64,000 bases of DNA from Alphaproteobacteria bacterium. GTDB lineage: Bacteria; Pseudomonadota; Alphaproteobacteria; Rs-D84. Position 1 is the first letter of the stretch. Each line of letters begins with the position of its first letter. The notes below the pieces were generated by a model. The model saw nothing but the letters and a program-made list of their open reading frames with translations. It made no database searches and was not told the origin of the DNA. This document shows, in pieces, positions 57,358-64,000 of this stretch. The stretch lies in assembly GCA_017505705.1 (NCBI GenBank), contig JAFVOS010000010.1, positions 2,883-66,882 of the forward strand, in the 5' to 3' direction. A program made the translations under genes and the position numbers.

Positions 57358-57918
57358 TTAAACAGCCATAATGTCTGCTTCTTTTTCTTTGGCGATTGCG
57401 TCTACTTCGGCGCCACGCTTGTCAAAAACCTTTTGAATATCATCTTCAAATTTGCGCTGATCGTCTTCGGAAATTTCTTTATCTGTGACGGCACGCTTGA
57501 TTTTACCCATTGCATCTTGGCGAATATTGCGCATTGAAATTTTTGCTTCTTCGGCATACTTTCCTGCAACTTTAACCAATTCACGACGGCGTTCTTCGGT
57601 CAAAGGCGGCATGTTCAAACGGATAACACCACCAGCCGTCATTGGGTTTAAGCCCAGACCAGAATCACGAATAGCCTTTTCAACCGCAGGCGCATTTGTT
57701 ATATCCCAAACCGTAACAGATAGTGTCTGGTTATCTGGGGTTGATACAGTTGCAACCTGGTTAATTGGCATTTCTGCACCATAAACAGGCACACGAATTG
57801 CATCCAACAGATGTACAGATGCGCGTCCTGTACGCAAACCAGCGTATTCATTGCGCAAAACATCCAATGTTTGTGCGGTTTTTTGTTCTACTTCTGCTTT
57901 TAAAATTGGATAATCCAT
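57358..57918 (-). CDS. frr: Ribosome recycling factor
   Basis: LRNEYAGLRTGRAS..LLD.I.V..YG, PPLTEERRRELVK. Confidence 0.95.
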   Translation of the reverse strand: MDYPILKAEVEQKTAQTLDVLRNEYAGLRTGRASVHLLDAIRVPVYGAEMPINQVATVSTPDNQTLSVTVWDITNAPAVEKAIRDSGLGLNPMTAGGVIRLNMPPLTEERRRELVKVAGKYAEEAKISMRNIRQDAMGKIKRAVTDKEISEDDQRKFEDDIQKVFDKRGAEVDAIAKEKEADIMAV

Positions 57919-57958
57919 ATAAAACTCCTTAAATATAAAAAAAGATTAGCAAATTGAT

Positions 57959-57987
57959 TTGACATTTGGCAAGAAGAAATATAAAAT
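57959..57987 (+). promoter_or_regulatory. Candidate sigma70 promoter for the tRNA-Ala/His cluster
   Basis: TTGACA, 17 nt, TAAAAT. It ends 12 nt before tRNA-Ala. Confidence 0.5.
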
Positions 57988-57999
57988 ATGTTTCCGCAA

Positions 58000-58075
58000 G
58001 GGGTTGTAGCTCAGTTGGTAGAGCACTTGCATGGCATGCAAGGGGTCGTCGGTTCGAGTCCGATCAGCTCCACCA
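58000..58075 (+). tRNA. tRNA-Ala (anticodon GGC), CCA encoded
   Basis: GGGGTTG acceptor stem with G3:U70, anticodon arm CTTGC-ATGGCAT-GCAAG, T-arm GTCGG-TTCGAGT-CCGAT. Confidence 0.92.
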
Positions 58076-58076
58076 G

Positions 58077-58152
58077 GAATCTGTGGTTCTGGTTGGGACA
58101 CTTGATGACATGCAACACGCACTCGTCGGTTCGAGTCCGATCAGCTCCACCA
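58077..58152 (+). pseudogene. Degenerate tandem copy of tRNA-Ala (perfect 3' 31 nt, decayed 5' two-thirds)
   Basis: 58123-58153 is identical to 58046-58076. The upstream part keeps only CACTTG..CATGCAA. The acceptor and anticodon stems no longer pair. Confidence 0.7.
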
Positions 58153-58166
58153 GAAAAATTCAGTAT

Positions 58167-58244
58167 GGCGGATATAGCTCAGTTGGTTAGAGCGTTGGTT
58201 TGTGGTACCAAATGTCGCCGGTTCGAGTCCGGTTATCCGCCCCA
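58167..58244 (+). tRNA. tRNA-His (anticodon GUG) with encoded G-1 and CCA
   Basis: G-1 plus GCGGATA acceptor stem, anticodon arm TTGGT-TTGTGGT-ACCAA, T-arm GCCGG-TTCGAGT-CCGGT, discriminator C. Confidence 0.92.
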
Positions 58245-58280
58245 TTATAAAAAGGCACCCCGACGGGGTGTTTTTTATTG
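58239..58280. repeat. Direct repeat copy A (tRNA-His 3' end plus terminator hairpin)
   Basis: gccccattataaaaaggcaccccga (58239-58263) is identical to 60698-60722. The hairpin cacccc-gac-ggggtg plus T-run also acts as the tRNA terminator. Confidence 0.9.
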
Positions 58281-58306
58281 ATTTTCTGTACATTTTATGA
58301 TACAAT
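58278..58306 (+). promoter_or_regulatory. Candidate sigma70 promoter of the MuF-lysozyme gene
   Basis: TTGATT (58278-58283), 17 nt, TACAAT (58301-58306). Confidence 0.45.
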
Positions 58307-58320
58307 ACACATATTCAGCA

Positions 58321-58370
58321 GACGACATTTTGTCGTCTTTTTTATTGCCCGCATTTGCGGGTGTTTTTTT
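58321..58370 (+). terminator. Two tandem terminator-like hairpins in the leader of the MuF-lysozyme gene
   Basis: gacgac-atttt-gtcgtc plus T7 (58321-58344), and cccgc-attt-gcggg-tgttttttt (58348-58370). The GGAG RBS and the ATG at 58384 follow directly. Confidence 0.6.
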
Positions 58371-58383
58371 ATGGAGAAAAGAA

Positions 58384-59577
58384 ATGCAAATACCAAAATT
58401 TTTACAAGAACTGATATCATCGCCCGAATATGGCGATAAAAACAGCGAAACTTATAAACGTGCAACAAGGTATATGAACATCTTGTACCCTGGCACAGTG
58501 GCGTTTGATGCCACAGGTCGTATGATGCGCCCAGAATATGATATGACATTGGAACAGTTCTACAAAGCCCAGCATGAAATAGAAACGGAGTTCGAGTCCG
58601 ATAAAAGTGAGGCAGAAGCAGATGTCCTGGATGCATACGGCGATTATTTTGAAACAATTGGTTTTAATTTTAATATTGAAGAATATGTCGTTTCTGGCAC
58701 GCCAATACCGGTCAAAGTCCTGATGCCGGGTGGCCATGTATCAAAGCGCAGTCTGGAAACTTATGCTTTGAATATTCCAGACTTTGAAATAAAGCCCAAG
58801 ATATGGATATGGCACAGCGAGCATGGCGAAAACACATGCGACGACTGCTTGGGGAATGATGGGACGGTCTATGAAAACAAAGAAGATATACCAGATATCC
58901 CCGTTCATCCAAACTGTCGATGCTGGGTTGAAGAAATAGAGCTGGACAAAAACGGCAAGAAAATAGGCAGCAAGGTTTACAAAGGTCAAAAGCCAGAAAC
59001 ACAAAAGGTAAGTGATATGAAAAATATATTAACTGATAAGTTTAAGAATGATGTGATGGCGCACGAAGGAATCAGAAAAAGTCCATACACAGATTCCAAA
59101 GGTTATTTAACAATTGGAATTGGCAAAAACATACATAAACTAAATGATTTTTTAAAGTTAGATATTATAAATACAAACACTGGTACGGAATTAACCGAAG
59201 CCGAAAAACAAAATATTCATTCAAAAATGGTATCAGAAATAAATAATGGTACTTTTAGAGAATATGATTATGCACACATACAAATATCGCCAAATCAAAT
59301 TTATAACCAGTTTAACCAACAACTGGAAATTGCATACAATGAATTAAACAAAAAAATAATGAATTTTATAGATATGCCGATATCTGTACAGCAAGCGTTG
59401 TTAGATATGCAATTTAATATGGGAAACAACAGGTTTTCTGAACGGTATTGGCCAAAGTTATTTGAAGCCATCAAAAATAAAGATTGGGAAACCGCCGCAA
59501 AGGAAGCGTCTGAAAGGAAAGATGTACAAAAGGCCCGTCGTGAATGGACAAAGCTAATGTTTCTAAATGCAAACTAA
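58384..59577 (+). CDS. MuF (SPP1 gp7 / Mu F-like) head-protein domain fused to a T4-type (GH24) lysozyme domain
   Basis: The MuF hallmark is IWHSEHGENTCDDCLGNDG....PVHPNCRCWVEE. The lysozyme catalytic spacing is HEGIRKSPYTDSKGYLTIGIGKN (E-x8-D-x5-T). The start was moved to the ATG after the hairpins. Confidence 0.7.
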   Translation: MQIPKFLQELISSPEYGDKNSETYKRATRYMNILYPGTVAFDATGRMMRPEYDMTLEQFYKAQHEIETEFESDKSEAEADVLDAYGDYFETIGFNFNIEEYVVSGTPIPVKVLMPGGHVSKRSLETYALNIPDFEIKPKIWIWHSEHGENTCDDCLGNDGTVYENKEDIPDIPVHPNCRCWVEEIELDKNGKKIGSKVYKGQKPETQKVSDMKNILTDKFKNDVMAHEGIRKSPYTDSKGYLTIGIGKNIHKLNDFLKLDIINTNTGTELTEAEKQNIHSKMVSEINNGTFREYDYAHIQISPNQIYNQFNQQLEIAYNELNKKIMNFIDMPISVQQALLDMQFNMGNNRFSERYWPKLFEAIKNKDWETAAKEASERKDVQKARREWTKLMFLNAN

Positions 59578-60512
59578 CGATAGAATATTTCGTGCAAAAT
59601 CAGGGTGGATGCGGTCATTTTAGCATATTTGACCGCATCTTGTTCTGACATATGTAATGCATCAGTATAGTATTTTTTGATATTGTCTGCCATTGCATCA
59701 TATATCAAAACCAGGTCTTCATATTTAGCCAGTTCTGATAATAAATCTTTTGCATAAAAAAACTTTTTTTCTTCAAAATTAAGTTTTATGAATAAGTCAT
59801 CGTGTGTTTTGCCCTGAAAAAAAGAAGTTGGGTAAGTCAGCATCCCTATCATATCATGATAATTTGATGTGCTTAATGCGAAACTTATTGTGCCATTGAT
59901 CGGTGGTTCTTGGTTTATTTTTGACAACGCATCAAAACTTGGGGATTGAACAAAACGCCTTATCTGTGTTATCTCATACGGATTAAACGGTTTGCAAATG
60001 CCCGCAATCGCAGCATCACGTGAACTGCCGAAATAGTCCTCTATCAATTCAAGTGCGTTTTCATTTTCTTTTATCATATCTATATAAACACAAGGCAAAG
60101 TCATGTGAAATAAATGTTTGGCATCATCAAAATTCTTAAAATATTCCGGCCAAGAAACCTCGTCTTTGAAATATTCAAAATAACAAAAATTATCATATGT
60201 ACCATGCGCACCATTGCAATCTGCGGCCATTATCTGCATTGCGTTGTGAATCAGTTGATTGGCATATTCAATGTCTTGGTATTCATTGTCTGACAAATAG
60301 ATATAAGCCAGATACAACATAGAATCTGTGTGTTTTTTATCATTTGCATCCAAGGTCGCTAAACATGCTTTGTATATATCAATCGCTTCCTGCTTTTTTG
60401 ACCAATCAAGGGAATAAATATCGCCACATACAGTGTGGTTGGTCTTTTTGGGTATATCATAATTACATCCCAGCAGACATAACAGACAAAGTGTTTTGAA
60501 AAACTTCTTCAT
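59574..60512 (-). CDS. Hypothetical lipoprotein, convergent with the MuF-lysozyme gene
   Basis: The ATG at 60512 gives MKKFFKTLCLLCLLGC lipobox. The stop codons of the two genes overlap. No family recognised. Confidence 0.55.
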   Translation of the reverse strand: MKKFFKTLCLLCLLGCNYDIPKKTNHTVCGDIYSLDWSKKQEAIDIYKACLATLDANDKKHTDSMLYLAYIYLSDNEYQDIEYANQLIHNAMQIMAADCNGAHGTYDNFCYFEYFKDEVSWPEYFKNFDDAKHLFHMTLPCVYIDMIKENENALELIEDYFGSSRDAAIAGICKPFNPYEITQIRRFVQSPSFDALSKINQEPPINGTISFALSTSNYHDMIGMLTYPTSFFQGKTHDDLFIKLNFEEKKFFYAKDLLSELAKYEDLVLIYDAMADNIKKYYTDALHMSEQDAVKYAKMTASTLILHEIFYR

Positions 60513-60697
60513 ACTTAAAATCTTATTTAGATTTATATTGTCTGTCAATGACATTATATACAGGTCATGTTGAATCAATCAGGAACGTTACACAACTTAC
60601 TGGTATGATTTTTTATTTCCGATAACACCTCGTTCAACAACGGGCACAAATCAAGCAATTGTTGTATATTTTCGGTTCGAGGTGTTTCAAATTCGGG

Positions 60698-60740
60698 GCC
60701 CCATTATAAAAAGGCACCCCGAAAGGGGCGTTTTTTGTTG
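60698..60740. repeat. Direct repeat copy B (degenerate tRNA-His 3' end plus terminator-like hairpin)
   Basis: 25-nt perfect match to 58239-58263. Upstream, cggttcgag also matches the tRNA-His T-arm. Downstream, ggggcgttttttgttg resembles ggggtgttttttattg. Confidence 0.9.
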
Positions 60741-60784
60741 CAAACCTATAGATTGTTTGTATACTGACGCAAAAAAGGTTAGAA

Positions 60785-61285
60785 ATGTCAGATATTCCGA
60801 ATACAGAATATATTACAATAAACAAGAATGGGATTTTTGTCAGTGGCAGGTCGGCAACAGCATATCGTGGTGCAGTCATAGGTTTCCCAGAATCTATACA
60901 GAAAAATTTTCAAAATCTTCAAAAACACTATCCAAACATTCAAGAAATGCGTTTTTTGACATCTAAAACAACGGGGGAATACTATAAAGCTGGAAATCCT
61001 GTCGATGAAAAGGGTGATAATCTTTGGGCATGCGTGGCTTTTAATGATGGTTATGTTGCACCATGGGTTCTGGTTTCTATTAATTATACACATGATTTCT
61101 ATATTCATCATAGAGTTGCAGGTTGCATGTCTAATATAGCAAATAACTATACATTTTTGCATGATTTGTTGGGGCGCTATCAAGATGTCACAGTCAGATT
61201 AAACCTGCAAAATATGGCGGGGCGCTCGTTTGAATTAAATGGCTTCAGATTGACGGTTGAAAAAATTACACAAAAAACAAAATAA
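60785..61285 (+). CDS. Hypothetical protein
   Basis: 166-aa ORF with an AAGG RBS, followed by a terminator sharing 17 nt with repeat copy A. Confidence 0.5.
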   Translation: MSDIPNTEYITINKNGIFVSGRSATAYRGAVIGFPESIQKNFQNLQKHYPNIQEMRFLTSKTTGEYYKAGNPVDEKGDNLWACVAFNDGYVAPWVLVSINYTHDFYIHHRVAGCMSNIANNYTFLHDLLGRYQDVTVRLNLQNMAGRSFELNGFRLTVEKITQKTK

Positions 61286-61289
61286 AACG

Positions 61290-61318
61290 ACACCCCCATC
61301 GGGGTGTTTTTTATTGCA
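61290..61318 (+). terminator. Intrinsic terminator, third copy of the cggggtgttttttattg motif
   Basis: caccccc-at-cggggtg plus T-run. 61300-61316 is identical to 58264-58280. Confidence 0.75.
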
Positions 61319-61436
61319 CGCATTCGCATGATTTTTTGCAGATTATATCATTGGTTGCGACAACTGATAAAAAATGGATATAGCGGTGCAAAAAAGAAAT
61401 CCCGCTGATGCGGGATTTCGTTTCTGCCTTTCTCTA

Positions 61437-62069
61437 TTAACGAGAATAGAATTCGACAACCAATTCTGGGAACATCTGTACAGGATATGGTACGTCTTCG
61501 AACGCAGGTACACGAACAAATGTCGCTGTAAAGTTTGCGCTGTCAACAGATACATAATCTGCAAAATTACGTTCGCCAGATTCCAATGCCAAGACAACCA
61601 ATGGCATCTGTTTCGCTTTTTCACTGACAGTGATAACATCGCCAGGTTTTACACGATATGATGCAACCTTGACACGTTGGCCGTTAACATAGATATGACC
61701 ATGGCTGATTAACTGACGTGATGAGAATACAGTTGGTGCCAATTTTGCACGATATACAACCGCATCCAAACGACGTTCCAACAAACCAATCAAGTTTTCT
61801 GGGGTGTCGCCCTTCATATTGTCAGCTTCCAGGTAATAGGCACGGAATTTCTTTTCGCCAATGTTTCCATAGTAGCCCTTTAATGTCTGTTTTGCACGCA
61901 TCTGTTTTGCGTAATCAGACGAATTGCCACCACGTGATGTTGGTCCATGCTGACCTGGTTTATATTTACGTTTGTTAAATGGGGATTTTGCCTGGCCCCA
62001 CAGATTGACGCCCAATGAACGTCCAATCTTTAATTTACGAGTATTGCGCTTTGCGCCTGCTCTTGCCAT
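61437..62069 (-). CDS. rpsD: 30S ribosomal protein S4
   Basis: MARAGAKRNTRKLKIGRSLGVNLWG...YG.QMRAKQ and an S4 RNA-binding domain (RRLDAVVYRAKLAPTVFSSRQLISHGHIYVNG). Confidence 0.95.
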   Translation of the reverse strand: MARAGAKRNTRKLKIGRSLGVNLWGQAKSPFNKRKYKPGQHGPTSRGGNSSDYAKQMRAKQTLKGYYGNIGEKKFRAYYLEADNMKGDTPENLIGLLERRLDAVVYRAKLAPTVFSSRQLISHGHIYVNGQRVKVASYRVKPGDVITVSEKAKQMPLVVLALESGERNFADYVSVDSANFTATFVRVPAFEDVPYPVQMFPELVVEFYSR

Positions 62070-62188
62070 TGTTTTATCCTTTTATTTTGGTTTTTTGGTG
62101 CCGGGGGTTTTAGAACAGAATCCTTATCGCAAACGGGACCAAAACAGCACCGTCGTTTAATCAGTTCTGATTACCCAGCGCGCATACT

Positions 62189-63049
62189 TTATAGTTTTTT
62201 TCCACGAAAATCAAGTATTTTCTGCAATGAAACAAAGTTTTTTATCCCGTTATTGCTTGCCTGGCATTCGGCTGTATCAAAATGTCTGCCAATCTGGGCG
62301 ATGTTATGCGCATCGTCAGATAATAATACTGGCACATGGTACATAGCCAACATTTTTTGTATATTGTCACATGGATACGGTTGCTTTAAATCAATTCCAT
62401 ACCCACCTGTGTTGATTTCAACCGGCGTACGCTTGTCTGCGATGGTGGCAACAACTTCTTCCTGGATACCATGCCACTTTTTATGCGTTCCCAACCCACG
62501 TTTGCGTGGTAAATCCAAATGCGCAATCCAATTAAACATATTAGATTCCGCCATGTTTTGAATGTTTTTCCAATACTGAACCAGCATCTTGTCGCAGGTT
62601 TTCGGATCGACAGATGCCATGTCATGTACATTGCAAATAAAGTCATTATATTCAACAAAATGAGATGCCCCGATTATATAGTCTGGCTTTAAAATTTGAT
62701 GAGCGGCGGAAAAACCATCACGCCACTGGTTGGTGTGGAAATAGTCAACCTCCATCCCACGCAGAATTTTTATATCTGGATTTTCTTGTTGTAAACGGTC
62801 CAGTTCAGCGTAATGCGACTTAAACTTTTCAATCGCCTGTTCAAAACAGTTGGCATAGATACTGGCATACCCCTTGGCCATGGCGACACCATACAATTTA
62901 CTGCGTTGAATATCAGGATGAACAATAAAGTGATTTGATATCCCAATCGTTTTAAAACCCATAGAACGTGCCACAGCAACCATTTCTGTGGCACTGTCAC
63001 GACCATCAAAACCAATGGTGTGGGTGTGTAATGTAAAATTCTGTATCAT
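62189..63049 (-). CDS. PHP-family histidinol-phosphatase-like hydrolase
   Basis: LHTHT..FDGR, SNH, GMEVDY, H.D., and LLSDDAH metal-ligand pattern. Confidence 0.75.
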   Translation of the reverse strand: MIQNFTLHTHTIGFDGRDSATEMVAVARSMGFKTIGISNHFIVHPDIQRSKLYGVAMAKGYASIYANCFEQAIEKFKSHYAELDRLQQENPDIKILRGMEVDYFHTNQWRDGFSAAHQILKPDYIIGASHFVEYNDFICNVHDMASVDPKTCDKMLVQYWKNIQNMAESNMFNWIAHLDLPRKRGLGTHKKWHGIQEEVVATIADKRTPVEINTGGYGIDLKQPYPCDNIQKMLAMYHVPVLLSDDAHNIAQIGRHFDTAECQASNNGIKNFVSLQKILDFRGKKL

Positions 63050-63112
63050 ATAAGCCTCCACGACAACATTGGTAATATAGTATAAAAATTATTTTTTTCA
63101 ATAAACACCTTT

Positions 63113-63143
63113 AAAAAATCCCCCAAATTGGGGGATTTTTTTA
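63113..63143. terminator. Bidirectional intrinsic terminator
   Basis: aaaaaatccccc-aaatt-gggggatttttt. Confidence 0.8.
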
Positions 63144-63482
63144 TTTCTTCCAAAACGCAAATCCACGACGGGCAGATTTTTCTTCACGCTGTTTTCGATC
63201 CTCGGCAGCACGACGACGTTCGGCACGACGTTCCTGGAAACGACGGGCAGATTCTTCGTCACGCTGGATCAGTGTAATCGTTGTGGCAGATAATTTATCA
63301 TTGCGAACTTCTTCTTCGAATTCAACGATATCGTTTTCATTCAAGAAGCGTATGCCAGCTGCCTTTAAAGAACTGGAATGAACAAATACATCATCTGTGT
63401 TGCCATTTTCGTTTGGGGTATCTGGTGTAATAAACCCAAAACATTTTTTACCATTATACCATTTTACTTTTCCCTGACGCAT
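63141..63482 (-). CDS. cspA: Cold-shock domain protein with Arg/Glu-rich C-terminal extension
   Basis: MRQGKVKWYNGKKCFGFITPD...DVFVHSS (RNP1/RNP2-like). ATG at 63482 after AAGGA. The longer ORF-track start was rejected. Confidence 0.85.
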   Translation of the reverse strand: MRQGKVKWYNGKKCFGFITPDTPNENGNTDDVFVHSSSLKAAGIRFLNENDIVEFEEEVRNDKLSATTITLIQRDEESARRFQERRAERRRAAEDRKQREEKSARRGFAFWKK

Positions 63483-63650
63483 AATCGAATCCTTTGTTAT
63501 GCTTGTTATGGTTCTGTGAGTCCATAAGAACCTGATTCCATTTTGACATTTTTGGAAAACTAACGCAAGGGGAATAAAAAGCAAAATATAACATTTTTGG
63601 GATTTCATAGTTCTTGAATTATCAATAAAATGTATTATATTTAATTGGCT

Positions 63651-64000
63651 ATGAAACAATATATATTACCTTTTCGGGATTTTGTGGTGCATCCGGGCCT
63701 GACGGTGCCGGTGTACATCGATAATAAAACATCAATTGCATGTATTGAATCTGCTGCAAAAATGGGACAGCGTCTGGTATTGGTCGCACAGCGCACATGG
63801 AATTATCCAGCATCAACAAAAGATATATACGATGTCGGAACAATTGGTGATATCATCCAGGTTTTGCGTATGCCAGATGGCGCCGTACATGCAATCGTTC
63901 GAACAACTGATGCTGTTAAAATCAGTGATGTTGTTATCGCAGATGGACTGTTTATAGGAAATACAGAACCAATCGCTGTTCAAGATGACACCACACATGA
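63651..64000 (+). CDS. lon: Lon protease, N-terminal fragment (3'-truncated by the window edge)
   Basis: My translation is MKQYILPFRDFVVHPGLTVPVYIDNKTSIACIESAAKMGQRLVLVAQR...YDVGTIGDIIQVLRMPDGAVHAIV. This matches the LON N-terminal domain pattern. The frame is open to the end of the window. Confidence 0.8.
   Translation, partial: MKQYILPFRDFVVHPGLTVPVYIDNKTSIACIESAAKMGQRLVLVAQRTWNYPASTKDIYDVGTIGDIIQVLRMPDGAVHAIVRTTDAVKISDVVIADGLFIGNTEPIAVQDDTTH

Noticed and set aside
58077-58152. A second functional tRNA-Ala gene.
   Set aside because: The acceptor 5' strand (GAATCTG) does not pair with CAGCTCC. The anticodon stem has lost a base, and the variable region is 3 nt longer. Only the 3' 31 nt are intact.
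57966-58281. ORF-track proteins of 74 aa and 97 aa (plus strand).
   Set aside because: They are read straight through the tRNA-Ala, pseudo-tRNA and tRNA-His genes. The tRNA cloverleaves explain the sequence.
58297-58383. The 29-codon N-terminal extension of the MuF-lysozyme ORF (start at 58297).
   Set aside because: This stretch consists of two terminator-like hairpins with T-runs. A GGAG RBS precedes the internal ATG at 58384.
1-64000. CRISPR arrays, IS elements or transposases, phage integrases, and rRNA genes.
   Set aside because: I saw no regularly spaced direct repeats, no DDE or serine/tyrosine integrase other than housekeeping XerC, and no rRNA-like sequence on either strand.

Overview
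This 64-kb window looks like an AT-rich, gene-dense alphaproteobacterial chromosome. I did not compute base composition. The taxon markers are a DUF1013/TrcR-like gene, a DUF2155 gene, the GLCESP motif in RpoD, alpha-type AddA, and the frr-uppS-cdsA-rseP-bamA block. Most of the window is housekeeping: rpsP-rimM-trmD-rplS, tsaD, xseA, recN, addA, rpoD, cysS, a fused accD-accA, ihfB, peroxiredoxin, amiC, comM, lepB-rnc, secG, smpB, trpS, xerC, yraN, frr to bamA, rpsD, cspA and the lon 5' end. There are five tRNA genes: Gly-CCC, Ser-GCU, Ser-CGA, Ala-GGC and His-GUG. I saw no rRNA, CRISPR array, transposase or phage integrase. dxr is absent between cdsA and rseP, and skp-lpxD-fabZ-lpxA is absent after bamA, which fits a reduced, possibly host-associated genome. 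Several accessory patches stand out. (1) A 2.4-kb islet after tRNA-His is bounded by a 25-nt perfect direct repeat. It carries an orphan MuF-domain::T4-type lysozyme fusion and a convergent lipoprotein gene, behind a promoter followed by two terminator hairpins. (2) An AbiEii-like nucleotidyltransferase is paired with a metallophosphoesterase rather than an AbiEi antitoxin. (3) Downstream of bamA lie a tiny lipoprotein, two tandem membrane-anchored paralogues that look VirB8-like, and a secreted protein. (4) A tightly coupled LysM / radical SAM / basic-repeat Cys protein / DPP-III-like metallopeptidase operon. (5) Two cysteine-rich exported proteins with eukaryote-like repeats. (6) tRNA 3'-end duplications at tRNA-Gly and tRNA-Ala. 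(7) Two orphan small ORFs inserted in the rpsP operon. All functional calls come from reading motifs in the translations by eye. No database search was run.
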